Source: Spirochaetota bacterium (GTDB lineage Bacteria > Spirochaetota > Leptospiria > Turneriellales > CBDBES01). Taken from it: a DNA stretch of 64,000 nucleotides. Below, piece after piece: positions 41,249 through 52,388 of the stretch; the stretch's first letter is position 1, and each line of letters opens with the position of its first letter. A model generated the notes under the pieces. It made no database searches. It saw nothing but the letters and a program-made list of their open reading frames with translations, and had not been told where the DNA came from. The stretch spans positions 38,204 to 102,203 of the forward strand of contig CBDBLF010000021.1 of assembly GCA_965206985.1 (NCBI GenBank), read 5' to 3'. The position numbers and the translations under genes were made by a program.

Positions 41249-42355
41249 TTAATAATGATAGGGATGGAGAATAGGATTGTACCCCCCTACGACCATTGGC
41301 ATCTTTTGAAATAAATAGTCCAGTCGAAACGGTGGTAAATTTAATATTTGTTTGTCAATAGTTGTGCTTTCCTCTCGGATCAGCTGCCAGGGCGATTTAT
41401 TCTCTTTGTAAGAATTTTTTCTTATTGAATTGAACATCAATAGATAGGAGCCAGCTTTGTTGAGAAAGTCTTCTCTTGAATTATACGTTTCATTCAGGTA
41501 AAGGTGATCCTCAATCAATCTATGAGTCGTTTCAACATCAGACTGCCAAGTATGCGCTCCAGCAGGGATCGTCTGGTGTGGCACACCATAACTGGCTAAT
41601 ACTTTTGTAAACTCCGAATCTCCTTTTTTATTCCAAGCACCAATAAACTCTGAGCCATTATCTGTTTGCCCTCTCGTATTATTTTTCTTTAAATCAACCC
41701 CTGATTTTACAAGATGATCTAAAATTACCTCCATAAACAGACAAGAGTATGCCATATTATACTCATCTGCAAAAGCTAGAAATTGTAAGCCAGAAAAAAC
41801 TTCTCTGAAGGTATATTGATATTTCGGTACAATATTTTCCTGAATATAAGGCCAAAGCTCAGGAATATCGTATAAATGCTTCGTATCTACGTCAAATTGC
41901 TTAAATAAACCCCATAATTTCTTAATTTCACGCAAATTTTGCTTCGTTTTATGTTTTCTACGCTTTTTTTTCAAGAGTGCTTGCTCCCTCCACGCTCTGC
42001 GAATGGCCTTGACACTCAAGTCTAGTTGGTAAACATTCTTCAGTTCCTGAGCACCAAAGCCTCGACGTTTCTTTTTAAGAAAGCAAACATAAGCCTTTTC
42101 AAAGTCTGTGATTGCATGTGGTGAGTAGTGTGGAGCGTGGCTCTTGTCTTCCAAGCCAACGTATTTCTCTGATTCAAACCTACGAAACCACTTTTTTACT
42201 GTTTTTACAGTCGTTTTAAACATTCTGGCTGTTGGCTTGAAACCATGCTTCTTGGCATAATGAACCATTTGCATTCTGTATAACTTTTTGTCTTTACTAT
42301 TTCGCATTACTGCCGAATACCTGTTTAGACAAATAACCTGAGAAGGGTGCTTCAT
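41249..42355 (-). CDS. IS481-like DDE transposase (368 aa; C-terminus set by target)
   Basis: Identical to the other copies except ending HPYHY rather than HPYN. Confidence 0.88.
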   Translation of the reverse strand: MKHPSQVICLNRYSAVMRNSKDKKLYRMQMVHYAKKHGFKPTARMFKTTVKTVKKWFRRFESEKYVGLEDKSHAPHYSPHAITDFEKAYVCFLKKKRRGFGAQELKNVYQLDLSVKAIRRAWREQALLKKKRRKHKTKQNLREIKKLWGLFKQFDVDTKHLYDIPELWPYIQENIVPKYQYTFREVFSGLQFLAFADEYNMAYSCLFMEVILDHLVKSGVDLKKNNTRGQTDNGSEFIGAWNKKGDSEFTKVLASYGVPHQTIPAGAHTWQSDVETTHRLIEDHLYLNETYNSREDFLNKAGSYLLMFNSIRKNSYKENKSPWQLIREESTTIDKQILNLPPFRLDYLFQKMPMVVGGYNPILHPYHY

Positions 42356-42537
42356 TAGGAACCTCTGTTTTATTTGATGATTTAACGTCGGCCTTTTGAT
42401 GCACCTTTTTTAGGAAAATGTCTTTCACTTGCTCTACCAGTAAACCCAAGCCTTTTGAACCAAATAACTTGATTTGAACCAATTCTGAACCAACTAATGA
42501 TGGTCGTAGGGGGGTACTATCATCCTTCTCTCTCCCA
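41259..42537 (-). mobile_element. IS481-like element copy 4 (intact, 1279 bp)
   Basis: Same TIRs; TSD ATTCTTAATAATGA at 41245-41258 / 42538-42551. Confidence 0.93.
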
Positions 42538-42592
42538 ATTCTTAATAATGATTTTCTGTACAATCTCAGTATCACTTATGGAGTAGCTAGAG

Positions 42593-43192
42593 TTGTCGCG
42601 GGGTAGGTCTATCATAGGAGATATAATAAATATAGCTTGGATAAAATTTAAGATGAAACTCAACATGAGTCAACTCATGAGCAAACTCAAGCGTTATATT
42701 TCTCATCAAAAAACTGACCCCATTGAATACGGAAACTTTCGCAAGGGAGAGAAGTGGGGAACTTCAATAGAAAATCATTTGATATGGATATTTTCTGTTG
42801 ATCTAATCTGGAAAAAAGAGCTTCAATATAGGGTAATCTATAACCCAGACAAAGGAACCTTTATTGGCTCCTCTAACTTTGATCGCCACGCAAAACAAGA
42901 TCACTTTATTCAATTTAACATAAGAGACTTTGCAGACCTCAGAAAAAAGCTTACCCAACTAACCCAAAATATACCTGCTTTTAGAGAAAGAATACTCAGA
43001 GAGTATATTTTTGGGAAGCTTCAGAATAGAATCAATGTGCGATGGTCAAAAGTTTTTGCAAACGAAGAGCAAAAGACCAAGGAAGAAGCATACTTAATCA
43101 GCCTGGTCAAACATATTCGCAGAAGAAAAGGAATATCCAAATCAGAATTAAATCGAAGCATTCACTACATAGCCAACATCCAATCAATTTAG
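42593..43192 (+). CDS. Hypothetical protein
   Basis: 199-aa ORF; start uncertain. Confidence 0.55.
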   Translation: MSRGRSIIGDIINIAWIKFKMKLNMSQLMSKLKRYISHQKTDPIEYGNFRKGEKWGTSIENHLIWIFSVDLIWKKELQYRVIYNPDKGTFIGSSNFDRHAKQDHFIQFNIRDFADLRKKLTQLTQNIPAFRERILREYIFGKLQNRINVRWSKVFANEEQKTKEEAYLISLVKHIRRRKGISKSELNRSIHYIANIQSI

Positions 43193-44443
43193 TTGAATTT
43201 TTTCTTCTATTTCTTCCCAGCTAATTTCGCCTACCTCTGTTTGATAATATTCAAGTAACGCGGCAACAAGTCTGCCCGTTGCAACCCCAGAGGCATTTAG
43301 AGTATGCACTAACTTATTTTTACCAGTCGAGGTATCTTTAAATCGAATTTTAGCTCTTCTCGACTGAAAATCATAGAAATTACTGCAAGAAGAAATCTCA
43401 ACCCACCTCTGGGAGCCTGGAAACCAAATATCAAGGTCATAGGTCTTTGCGGAGGAGAAGCCCGTATCCGCAGAACAAAGTAACAAAATTCGGTAAGTTA
43501 ATGAAAAACGCTTCAAAATAACCTCAACGTCTGCGAGCAGTTTCTCAAACTCATTAGCCGATTCTTCCGGGTTTACCAATTTTACCAACTCGACTTTTTG
43601 AAATTGATGAACTCTTATAATCCCCCTCGTGTCTCTCCCCGCCGCTCCCGCCTCTCGGCGAAAACAAGGCGTTCCTGCGCATAAGTAAATTGGCAGCTCA
43701 GACTCTGAAAGAATTTCATTTTGATAAATATTGGTAAGAGGCACTTCTGCGGTCGGTATGAGATTAAGACCATCCGTTGCAATCTGGTAATATTCATCCC
43801 GAAATTTTGGCAACTGCCCTGTATTTTTCATACACTCATCTTTAACCAAAAGAGGTAGCGTGCGCTCAAGGTAGCCTCTCTTCCCATGAATATTTAACAT
43901 CATATTCAGCAGGTTTCTTTCTAAACGAGAGACCTGCTCATTATAGATATAAAATCGAGAACCCGCCAAACGAACGCCTCGCTCAAAATCAATCAAACGA
44001 AGACTCTCAGCGATCTCATAATGAGGCTTTACTTCAAAGTTATTATTGGGTATTTCTCCAACCTGCTGAATCAAAATATTATCATCTTCAGAGGAGCCTT
44101 TGGGGACGTCAGGATGTAGGATGTTGGGTATAGATAAAATTGCCTCTTGGTATTCCTCCTCAAGTAATGCCAATTTATTTTTAATTATTTTAAGCTGAGT
44201 GGATATTTTTAAGACTTCTTTTTTGATGGAGCCTACCTCGCTAAAATCTTTTTTAAATTGAGATTCAGCAATTTTTTTAGAAAGAACATTTCTCTCATGC
44301 TGCTGTTTCTCAAGCTCTAATATAAAAGATTTTCTTCGGGCAACAATTTCAAGAATATTGTTCTCCAAAGAGTAGCCTCGTTTTTTCAAGTTTTCTTCGA
44401 CAGCTTTAAAAGCATTTTCTTTGAGTAAATCAGGGTCAATCAC
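43184..44443 (-). CDS. serS: Serine--tRNA ligase
   Basis: LIPTAEVP, CFRREAG, RVHQFQKVE, EISSCSN, HTLNASG. Confidence 0.97.
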   Translation of the reverse strand: MIDPDLLKENAFKAVEENLKKRGYSLENNILEIVARRKSFILELEKQQHERNVLSKKIAESQFKKDFSEVGSIKKEVLKISTQLKIIKNKLALLEEEYQEAILSIPNILHPDVPKGSSEDDNILIQQVGEIPNNNFEVKPHYEIAESLRLIDFERGVRLAGSRFYIYNEQVSRLERNLLNMMLNIHGKRGYLERTLPLLVKDECMKNTGQLPKFRDEYYQIATDGLNLIPTAEVPLTNIYQNEILSESELPIYLCAGTPCFRREAGAAGRDTRGIIRVHQFQKVELVKLVNPEESANEFEKLLADVEVILKRFSLTYRILLLCSADTGFSSAKTYDLDIWFPGSQRWVEISSCSNFYDFQSRRAKIRFKDTSTGKNKLVHTLNASGVATGRLVAALLEYYQTEVGEISWEEIEEKIQLN

Positions 44444-44490
44444 GCTAAAAAAAACTTTACAGAAAGGTCATATTTTGAAACTCTGCCTGT

Positions 44491-45090
44491 GTGAAAAGCG
44501 ATTGCTGGCGTGTTTCCCTAATTTTCATCACTTTGACTTTGTTTGTCGGACTGTTTTCATCCTGTGCCAGCTTTGCCAAACGACTTGATTCTAACAAAGA
44601 CTTGGTCGCTGACACTGGTGAGCTCACTCGTTATGAGCTTGAAAAATCTGCTGTAGCTTTTTCTGAAAAAATTGCTGAATATTTCAAAGAGAATCCAAAA
44701 GAAGGAGGTGTATTTCTCGCATTCTTACCAACAAAAAATGAAACCTCTGAATCTCTTCCCACCAAAGTTTTTGATAATGTTGTACTTCAAAAACTACGAG
44801 GGGAAGGAATATTTACGATCAGTGTAAAAAATAGGCAATCAGCTTTGAAAGAATTTGAATTTGCTCAAACTGGCCTCAGTGACGCTGATCTATCTATTGG
44901 TAAATTAAAATCTCCTAATTTTTTCATTCGGTCTCGTATCGATGAGAATATCTTTCGGTACAGGGGCGATAAAATTGTAGAGCAAGTGATTAACTTAGAA
45001 CTCAGCGAAATTGAAACTCTCGTCGTCCACTGGTCAGATAAAATTACGTACCGGAAAAAAGCAGTAGCTTCATCGCAAGTTACCTGGTGA
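44491..45090 (+). CDS. LpoB-like lipoprotein
   Basis: Lipobox FSSC; 'KNETSE' motif; C-terminal 'LELSEIETLVVHWS'. Confidence 0.6.
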   Translation: MKSDCWRVSLIFITLTLFVGLFSSCASFAKRLDSNKDLVADTGELTRYELEKSAVAFSEKIAEYFKENPKEGGVFLAFLPTKNETSESLPTKVFDNVVLQKLRGEGIFTISVKNRQSALKEFEFAQTGLSDADLSIGKLKSPNFFIRSRIDENIFRYRGDKIVEQVINLELSEIETLVVHWSDKITYRKKAVASSQVTW

Positions 45091-46508
45091 ATAAGTTGCG
45101 CATTTCCCATCTTCCTTTTCTAGGAGTTTTTCTCTCTTTTACAATTCTCTTCCAGTGCAGTTTACATTATGATCGACTTATACATAAAGCAGAGAACTAC
45201 TTTTTTCAAGGTGAATTTGATTCTGCTGTTGAACAAATCAAACCAATCGCCAAAATATCAAAAAAAAAAGACCTCCTTCTCTATTTATTAGAGGTTGCTC
45301 TCATCTATCATACCCAAAAAAAATACCAAAGAAGTAACGAGCTATTCAAACAAGCTGATGACTTGGCAAAAAAAGCAAAACTCAGTATATCAAAAGAAGT
45401 ATTGGCTTTTCTTTCCAGTGATCAACAGAAAAATTATGTCGCTGAAGATTTTGAAAGGGTTTTAATCAAATTTTATATTGCTCTTAATTATTTGCTCCTG
45501 AATGATTTTGATTCAGCGCACAAGTACTTTAAAAAACTACAATTTAATTTAAAAGAGCTCAAACATTTCGGTTCTGTTTACAAACAAAATCTGATGGCAC
45601 GTTATTTGAGTGCTCTTCTCGCAGAAAAATTTGAAAACTACAATGATGCACGTGTTGAATATAAAAATATCGGTAACTTTTATAGAGAAAAAAGAGAGTT
45701 TCTACCCGATCAATATGTTCTAGCTGTTAAAGAGCAAGACAGGCAAGATATCAATCGATATTCTTCAAGCAAAACAAAAATAAGAGCTTTCAGTAAGTCT
45801 ATGAAAAGAGTAAACTATAATCGAAATATGGGCGAGCTTGTCATTATTCATCAGGCGGGTAAATCTGTGGTTAAAGCCTCAAGAGGACATCTAAAAAATG
45901 ATGCAATCTTTATGGCCTCACTGCATCCGGCGATCAGAGTGGCAATGCTAAACAAACATGCGACCCTAACCACCTCTGGAGTTATGTCAACCCTATACTC
46001 AGCAGAAAACCCTATTCCTGTTTATAAATTTCGTGATCACAGAAAATCTTGGGGATTATCAGTTTATCTCAACCAAAAGAAAGTTGCCTCTACCAAGCTC
46101 CTTAATGACTACTCTAAAACTACAATCAAAGCTTTTAATGACAACTACCAAAAAATGATTACCAAAAGTGTTGCCTCAATTGCTGTAAAGGCCGTGTCCT
46201 CGGTGATTGCCAGTTATGCCACCAAACAATCTGCAGAAAAATCGCTTGGTCCGGCAGCGGGCATAGGAATTGGAGTTTTAACAGGTCTAGTTACGGGCTC
46301 AATCCTCGGCTCAACGATTAAACCAGACCTTCGGTGTTGGCGCCTACTCCCATCAAATTTCCAAGTAGAGCGAATTTTTCTTGAGCCCGGCGAATATGAC
46401 TTTGAAGTTAGAGCACAGAACGGAGGGCGTATATTGACTCAAAACTCCTCCCAAAAAGTAGATATTGCAAAAGGTAGTCTGCTATTTATTAACGTAAGAA
46501 GTATTTAA
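45087..46508 (+). CDS. COG3014-like TPR lipoprotein
   Basis: LFQC lipobox-like; 'DLLLYLLE', 'DFERVL', 'PDLRCWRLLP', 'LEPGEY'. Confidence 0.7.
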   Translation: MNKLRISHLPFLGVFLSFTILFQCSLHYDRLIHKAENYFFQGEFDSAVEQIKPIAKISKKKDLLLYLLEVALIYHTQKKYQRSNELFKQADDLAKKAKLSISKEVLAFLSSDQQKNYVAEDFERVLIKFYIALNYLLLNDFDSAHKYFKKLQFNLKELKHFGSVYKQNLMARYLSALLAEKFENYNDARVEYKNIGNFYREKREFLPDQYVLAVKEQDRQDINRYSSSKTKIRAFSKSMKRVNYNRNMGELVIIHQAGKSVVKASRGHLKNDAIFMASLHPAIRVAMLNKHATLTTSGVMSTLYSAENPIPVYKFRDHRKSWGLSVYLNQKKVASTKLLNDYSKTTIKAFNDNYQKMITKSVASIAVKAVSSVIASYATKQSAEKSLGPAAGIGIGVLTGLVTGSILGSTIKPDLRCWRLLPSNFQVERIFLEPGEYDFEVRAQNGGRILTQNSSQKVDIAKGSLLFINVRSI

Positions 46509-46516
46509 GATCATAG

Positions 46517-47095
46517 ATGCTTGACTCCGTAAAAAATCAAATTCAGGAATCAATTGAAGTTAAACAAAATTTACTTTCAATATCAGAAAAAATTGTTGAA
46601 TCTGGAGAGATTCTGGCGAAAGTCCTCCAAGAAGATAAAAAAATTTTACTCTGTGGTAATGGTGGCTCGGCAGCTGATGCCCAGCATATCGCCGCTGAAC
46701 TTATGGTACGGTATAAATCACAAAACAATAGAAAGGCACTACCTGCAATTTCTTTAAGCACAGATCCATCATACATAACAGCCATCTCTAATGATATGGG
46801 CTACGAAAATATTTTTTCTCGCTCTATAGAGGCCTTGGGCAACAAGGGAGACGCTCTCATTGGGATATCCACCTCAGGAAATTCCCCTAACATTATTAAC
46901 GCAGTAAGAACAGCCAAAAATAAAAAAATGCACATCATACTCATGTTAAACCAAGATGGAGGAAAGCTTCGTGGCCATGGTGATATTCACCTCCATGTCC
47001 CTTCCAAAATAACGGCGCGTGTACAAGAATCTCACATTCTTATTGGGCATATTTTATGTTCTATTGTTGAAAAACAGCTATTTGGGCTTGACTAA
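46517..47095 (+). CDS. gmhA: Phosphoheptose isomerase
   Basis: CGNGGSAADAQHIAAEL, ISTSGNSPN, RVQESH. Confidence 0.92.
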   Translation: MLDSVKNQIQESIEVKQNLLSISEKIVESGEILAKVLQEDKKILLCGNGGSAADAQHIAAELMVRYKSQNNRKALPAISLSTDPSYITAISNDMGYENIFSRSIEALGNKGDALIGISTSGNSPNIINAVRTAKNKKMHIILMLNQDGGKLRGHGDIHLHVPSKITARVQESHILIGHILCSIVEKQLFGLD

Positions 47096-48078
47096 AGATC
47101 TTCGCTATCTTTTGGAAGGCCCTCCTGGCGTGGTCTCATGGGTATCACTTCATCATCCATATTGTATAAACTTCTTTTGCCAAAATAATCAGCCGCAAAC
47201 TCTTCTGACCATGAATCACTCTGATGTTGCCTTCGCGTTTCAAAGGCAGCGTCAATTTTTTCTCTTATTTCTGCTAACTCATCAGGTATTACGCTTAAAT
47301 GATGATCAGGGCCAGGAAGTTCTTTGTCCATTGTAAAATGCTTCTCAATCACACAAGCTCCCATGCAAGAAGCATATTCCGAGGCACGGAGACCCAACGT
47401 GTGATCAGAAAAACCAGACATCACGTCAAACTGTCGTTCTATCTGTAGCATCCGTTTCAAGTTTATTTTCTCCATTGGTGTCGGATATAATGAGACACAA
47501 TGCAAAACTACCAAACAATAAAATTTCTGAGTTTTAAAAAATGAAATATTTTTTTTGATGTCACTAAAATAGGCCGCTCCTGTTGATATCAAAATAGGCT
47601 TATTTTTTTTTACAATTTTTTTGAGTAAACGTATATTGTTTAAATCCCCAGAAGCTACTTTATATGCACAAACTTCTAATTTTTCGAGTAAATTCACCCA
47701 ATCTAAACTTAGGGGTGTCGAAAAAAACAAGATATCTTTAGAGTCCGCAAACTCTTTAAGCACGGAATGCTCAGCAAAACTCAATTCGTATTGTTTAAAA
47801 ATATGAAATAAGCTCTCTGCACGTGGAGCAACTTTATTGATGAACTTTTCTGTGGTATACGACTGAAATTTAACAGCGTCAGCACCCGAATCCTTTGCCG
47901 CAGCAATAAGTTCTTTCGCAATATAAACATCTCGATTATGATTCAAACCAATTTCTGCGACCAAAAAAGGTTTACAGGCACTTGAAATCTTCTTTACAGA
48001 GGGGAGACCACCACCACCCAGAGAAAGATCTTTGGCAAACTGAAAAGATACAGACTCACCCACAAAAAGCGAATCCAT
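47092..48078 (-). CDS. N-acetylneuraminate synthase (NeuB/SpsE) family
   Basis: AEIGLNHN, AVKFQ, KVASGD, HCVSLYP, GFSDHT, EKHFT. Confidence 0.9.
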   Translation of the reverse strand: MDSLFVGESVSFQFAKDLSLGGGGLPSVKKISSACKPFLVAEIGLNHNRDVYIAKELIAAAKDSGADAVKFQSYTTEKFINKVAPRAESLFHIFKQYELSFAEHSVLKEFADSKDILFFSTPLSLDWVNLLEKLEVCAYKVASGDLNNIRLLKKIVKKNKPILISTGAAYFSDIKKNISFFKTQKFYCLVVLHCVSLYPTPMEKINLKRMLQIERQFDVMSGFSDHTLGLRASEYASCMGACVIEKHFTMDKELPGPDHHLSVIPDELAEIREKIDAAFETRRQHQSDSWSEEFAADYFGKRSLYNMDDEVIPMRPRQEGLPKDSEDL

Positions 48079-48090
48079 GAATGGGAAGAT

Positions 48091-49344
48091 TTATCGTCGT
48101 CGCCCTCGTTTTTTCAAACCTATCAGAATTTTTCTAGGATTCATGTCACGTCCATTTTGGCTAACTTCAAAGTGCAAGTGAGGCCCAAATGAATAACCAG
48201 TGTTACCAGACTTGCCGATAGTTCTTCCTTGGACGACCCTGCTTCCACTACGAACATAAATTTTACTTAAATGTGCATACAAAGTTCGGTACCCACCAGA
48301 ATGACGGAGAACAACGACTTTTCCATATCCACCTAAACGACCCGCAAAGTGAACCCTTCCCGACTTGGCTGCACGAACATGCGTGTAATAGGCTTTTAAG
48401 TCAACCCCCTTGTGAAAAGCCTTTCGTGGCCAACTCCTCCATCCATACCCACTAGTGATAATTCGACTGGTAACAGGTATCAACCAACCATAAATTAAGT
48501 TACTTGGCTTGGCACCCAAGAGAAAAATTTCTTCTCCTGCTTCAAGTAAATCGGGGTTAATATGCTGATTCTCCACAAGAATTTTGTCAAGATCAAGTTT
48601 ATATTTACTGAGAACTGTACCCAAGCGATCATTTTTCTTAACCTTATAATAAAAACCATTTTTAGGAGGTATCTTCAAAGTCTGCCCCACCGAGATAGCA
48701 TCGGGGGCTTTAATTCCTGAGGAGCCAGCAATTGATTCGACAGAAACATTGAACCTTTGGGATATCTCAGACAGAGTATCACCAGGTTGCACTTTATAGG
48801 CAACTTTGTCTGTACCCTGTTTTTTTTTATCAGAAAAACTCGACACAAGATTAGAAATACCAAGCAAACTATCTTTCGCTTTTTCATCTTTCTCTGAAAG
48901 CTCATCACTCTTTAATTTTGCTCGTGAAGAAGTGTCTTTGAAGCGAATTTCACCAAAACCACCAATGGCATCAATTTCTTTTAACTCTTCCATGAAATCG
49001 GGAGAACGAAATATGTAGTACATGGAGATAGAAAGAAGAATAAAGGTAATCCCTCCCAGTGCTACAAGGTGGGGACGAAGAAAATATTGAGGTAAAGACG
49101 GAAAACTCCGGGGAAGATTAAAATTGGGAGTCAGAAACGTCGACTTCTTTCTAAGAAACTTGAACCATGTAGGTAATTTTAAAAAAAAAATACCTGTTCG
49201 AATAAAATTCCTGTGATAGTAAGAATAAAAAAACTCACCACCACCGCGATGCTTGATCTTTAGATATTTGATGTCAACGAAAAAACCACTTTTTTTGTAA
49301 ACGTACTTAGAACGCAAGTACCGACGAAGGTTATCCCACTGCAT
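48091..49344 (-). CDS. LysM + M23 peptidoglycan endopeptidase
   Basis: TM anchor, two LysM repeats, HKGVD, TLYAHL, GPHLHFE; ATG at 49344 behind GGGAGG. Confidence 0.9.
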   Translation of the reverse strand: MQWDNLRRYLRSKYVYKKSGFFVDIKYLKIKHRGGGEFFYSYYHRNFIRTGIFFLKLPTWFKFLRKKSTFLTPNFNLPRSFPSLPQYFLRPHLVALGGITFILLSISMYYIFRSPDFMEELKEIDAIGGFGEIRFKDTSSRAKLKSDELSEKDEKAKDSLLGISNLVSSFSDKKKQGTDKVAYKVQPGDTLSEISQRFNVSVESIAGSSGIKAPDAISVGQTLKIPPKNGFYYKVKKNDRLGTVLSKYKLDLDKILVENQHINPDLLEAGEEIFLLGAKPSNLIYGWLIPVTSRIITSGYGWRSWPRKAFHKGVDLKAYYTHVRAAKSGRVHFAGRLGGYGKVVVLRHSGGYRTLYAHLSKIYVRSGSRVVQGRTIGKSGNTGYSFGPHLHFEVSQNGRDMNPRKILIGLKKRGRRR

Positions 49345-49368
49345 ATCTTGACCTCCCACTGGAAACAG

Positions 49369-49395
49369 TTATCGGAATTAACTTTCTCATAGTTA
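49369..49395 (-). promoter_or_regulatory. Putative sigma-28 promoter
   Basis: Minus strand TAAC-N15-TCCGATAA (consensus TAAA-N15-GCCGATAA). Confidence 0.55.
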
Positions 49396-49447
49396 AACAA
49401 TCTTTAACAGCTTAATGTAGCTCACTCTCCGTGTTAACAAACTAAAT

Positions 49448-49852
49448 TTATTTCGTCGTTAAACTCTCTTTCTTGTCTGAGACAAAACAACCTGCAACTA
49501 TTTTCTCAGCTTCTTGTTTGGAACCACTGGTGATATTAACATTGCCTTTGTACACAACACCTTCTGATAAATAAAGCGAAGGGGTTTTAATATTCCCCAG
49601 CATTCTTCCGCTATTTGTAAGCTTCACGCTCACCTTTGCTTCAACATCACCAATGAGAGCACCCGCCATAACAACTTCTTTTGCCATGATATTTGTCTTT
49701 ACCCGACCCGTCGGACCAACCACAAGCGTATCTTCTGTTTTAATTTCACCCTCAAACTTGCCATCAATTTTAAGGCTACCCGAGATATAAAATTTACCTT
49801 CAAAGACAGACCCCTCACCGATGACAGAATTAATCTGATCATATTTCGCCAT
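49448..49852 (-). CDS. Bactofilin (polymer-forming cytoskeletal protein)
   Basis: SVIGEGSVFEG...LKIDGKFEGEI beta-helix pattern. Confidence 0.9.
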   Translation of the reverse strand: MAKYDQINSVIGEGSVFEGKFYISGSLKIDGKFEGEIKTEDTLVVGPTGRVKTNIMAKEVVMAGALIGDVEAKVSVKLTNSGRMLGNIKTPSLYLSEGVVYKGNVNITSGSKQEAEKIVAGCFVSDKKESLTTK

Positions 49853-49892
49853 AAATTATAGAACCTCCGCTTTAAACGATACTTAACTAGAC

Positions 49893-52106
49893 CTATAAAC
49901 CAAACATTTTAACTATTTTGAGATGAGCATCAGAGAGGTAGGTTCCAAAAACGAGGGTAACCATGCTCATGAGTTTAATTAAGATATTGATGGATGGACC
50001 TGAAGTGTCTTTGAAAGGGTCACCAACAGTATCACCCGTAACCGCGGACTTATGGGCTTCTGAACCTTTTCCTCCGAAACTTCCTCTTTCAATAGATTTC
50101 TTAGCGTTATCCCAAGCTCCCCCAGCATTTGCCATCATAACAGCAATACAAAAACCACTTACCAAAGAGCCAGCGAGCATCGACACCAAAGCAGAAGAAC
50201 CAAAAATTAGACCAACAAGGACGGGCGTGAGCAGAGCTAACATTGTAGGCATTATCATCTGTCTTAGTGCGCCAGCCGTTGATATAGCAACACATCGTTG
50301 GTAATCTGGCTTGCTTTTTCCTGTCATGATACCTTTGATTTCTTTAAACTGTCGCCTAACTTCTTGAACCATACTCATAGCAGCCGTACCCACTGCCTGC
50401 ATGGTCAAGGCACTAAAGAAAAATGGCACCATTGCCCCTATAAACAAACCAGACAACGTGAGAGGATGTGCCATATCAAAATTAAGACCATATTTTTCTA
50501 ATACCGTATTCGCCGCAGCAAGCAGGGTAAGAGCGGTAAGTGCTGCCGAGCCAATCGCAAAACCTTTGCCCGTTGCTGCCGTGGTATTCCCGAGTGAATC
50601 AAGTGCATCTGTTTTTTCTCTCACGCTTTTATCTAAACCAGCCATTTCAGCAATTCCGCCTGCGTTGTCAGCAACAGGTCCATAGGCATCCGTCGAAAGA
50701 GTAATACCCAAGGTGGACAACATACCCACGGCAGCCATTCCAATACCATAGAGACCTTTTTGAATGCTTTCCGTACCACCCGAGACATTGTAGGCAACGA
50801 TGGTAGTGACAACAATGGTCAAAACAGGAATCACAGTAGATTTCATTCCCAGAGCAATACCAGAAATAATCACGGTGGCATGCCCTGTTTCAGCACTTGC
50901 GGCAACATTCATCGTCGGTTTATAAGTATCTGAGGTATAATATTCCGTGAAATACCCAATTACATTACCAGCAACCAAACCAGAGACCACCGCCCAAAAA
51001 ATCCCCTCACCAATTCCTAATGTATTATTTAAAACGTAAAAAGAACCAGCAATCACCAATGCTGAAGAAAAATAAATTCCGATTCGCAGAGACCAGAGCA
51101 AGCCCTCTTGAGTAGCGCCCTCTTTTGCTCGTATTAAGAATGTTCCAATGATTGAAGAAAGAATGCCCACTCCTGCAAGAATCATAGGAGCGACAAGAGC
51201 AGGGACTAAAGAAGAACCACTATACGCAGTAACAGCCAGTGCTATAGTTGCGACAACACTCCCTACATAAGATTCAAACAAGTCAGCTCCCATACCCGCA
51301 ACGTCACCGACGTTATCACCAACGTTATCAGCGATGGTGGCGGGATTTCTAGGGTCATCTTCAGGGATACCAGCCTCGACCTTTCCAACCAAGTCAGCTC
51401 CAACATCAGCAGCCTTTGTATAAATACCACCCCCGACACGTGCAAAAAGAGCAACGGAGGAAGCCCCCATGCCAAAAGAAAACAAGACGGAAGTAATTCC
51501 ACTAAGCGAAAGACCTGAATCTTTTAAAATGAGAAACCAGCAAGTGACAAACATAAGCCCCAGGCCAACAACGCTCATACCCATGATAGAACCTGAAGAA
51601 AACGCCACCCGAAGCCCAGTATTTAAAGATTCTTTGGACGCCCAAGCCGTTCTGGCATTCGCACGTGTTGCTATTTTCATACCAACAAAACCACTAAGAG
51701 CAGAGACGAAGGCACCCGTTAAAAAAGAAATAGGCGAATAATAAACCAAAGACGGCTCGGAACTCCCACAAGCCAAATAGCATAGAAGAGCAGCAACAAA
51801 TATTGTAAAAACAAACACCCATACATACTGCCGATTTAAGAAGGCATCAGCACCCTCACGAATAGCTGAAGCAATCTCAACCATTTTTTCGTTACCTTCA
51901 GAACGCTTGAGAAGTTTAATAGCATTCAATAAAGCAAAAAGAAGGGCAAGTGCGGCCACCAGTAACACCGGAATTAGATAGGATGAAACTCCCTCTAGAT
52001 TAGCCATTCTTAATAAATTCTCAGTGGGAAAGTTAATCTCTTGCGACATAACAGGAAAAGAGACAAAAATCAACAGAACAAACTTCGCAAACAAGCTTAA
52101 TTTCAT
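49893..52106 (-). CDS. hppA: Membrane-bound K+-dependent Na+/H+-translocating pyrophosphatase
   Basis: [35 protein letters not shown] (Ala, K+-dependent type), [10 protein letters not shown]. Confidence 0.96.
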   Translation of the reverse strand: MKLSLFAKFVLLIFVSFPVMSQEINFPTENLLRMANLEGVSSYLIPVLLVAALALLFALLNAIKLLKRSEGNEKMVEIASAIREGADAFLNRQYVWVFVFTIFVAALLCYLACGSSEPSLVYYSPISFLTGAFVSALSGFVGMKIATRANARTAWASKESLNTGLRVAFSSGSIMGMSVVGLGLMFVTCWFLILKDSGLSLSGITSVLFSFGMGASSVALFARVGGGIYTKAADVGADLVGKVEAGIPEDDPRNPATIADNVGDNVGDVAGMGADLFESYVGSVVATIALAVTAYSGSSLVPALVAPMILAGVGILSSIIGTFLIRAKEGATQEGLLWSLRIGIYFSSALVIAGSFYVLNNTLGIGEGIFWAVVSGLVAGNVIGYFTEYYTSDTYKPTMNVAASAETGHATVIISGIALGMKSTVIPVLTIVVTTIVAYNVSGGTESIQKGLYGIGMAAVGMLSTLGITLSTDAYGPVADNAGGIAEMAGLDKSVREKTDALDSLGNTTAATGKGFAIGSAALTALTLLAAANTVLEKYGLNFDMAHPLTLSGLFIGAMVPFFFSALTMQAVGTAAMSMVQEVRRQFKEIKGIMTGKSKPDYQRCVAISTAGALRQMIMPTMLALLTPVLVGLIFGSSALVSMLAGSLVSGFCIAVMMANAGGAWDNAKKSIERGSFGGKGSEAHKSAVTGDTVGDPFKDTSGPSINILIKLMSMVTLVFGTYLSDAHLKIVKMFGL

Positions 52107-52388
52107 ACAAAACACCTCTCCTACCAATATTTTCAACGCAAACACACAAGACTGAGCCTCTCTGTGAGAGAAGTGAAATATATTGTCAATCTTTATTTGA
52201 GAGATTATAGATTATTTTTTTTAAAAACTCTGAGAAGACATAAGAAAGGTAGTTAATAAATATGTGATTCTGCCGAGACTAAAGTTGACTAAGATGTATG
52301 AACTCCAAAATATTTTTGTGTGCAATAAAGTACTTGTAGTCTCAGAAAGAAATTATTAAGTGAGGGATTTGATCGTAATACTCCTTCT

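Noticed and set aside
42297-42575. 92-aa and 61-aa ORFs at the IS481-like IRL
   Set aside because: They overlap the IR and transposase start, one crosses the element boundary, and no motif is recognisable
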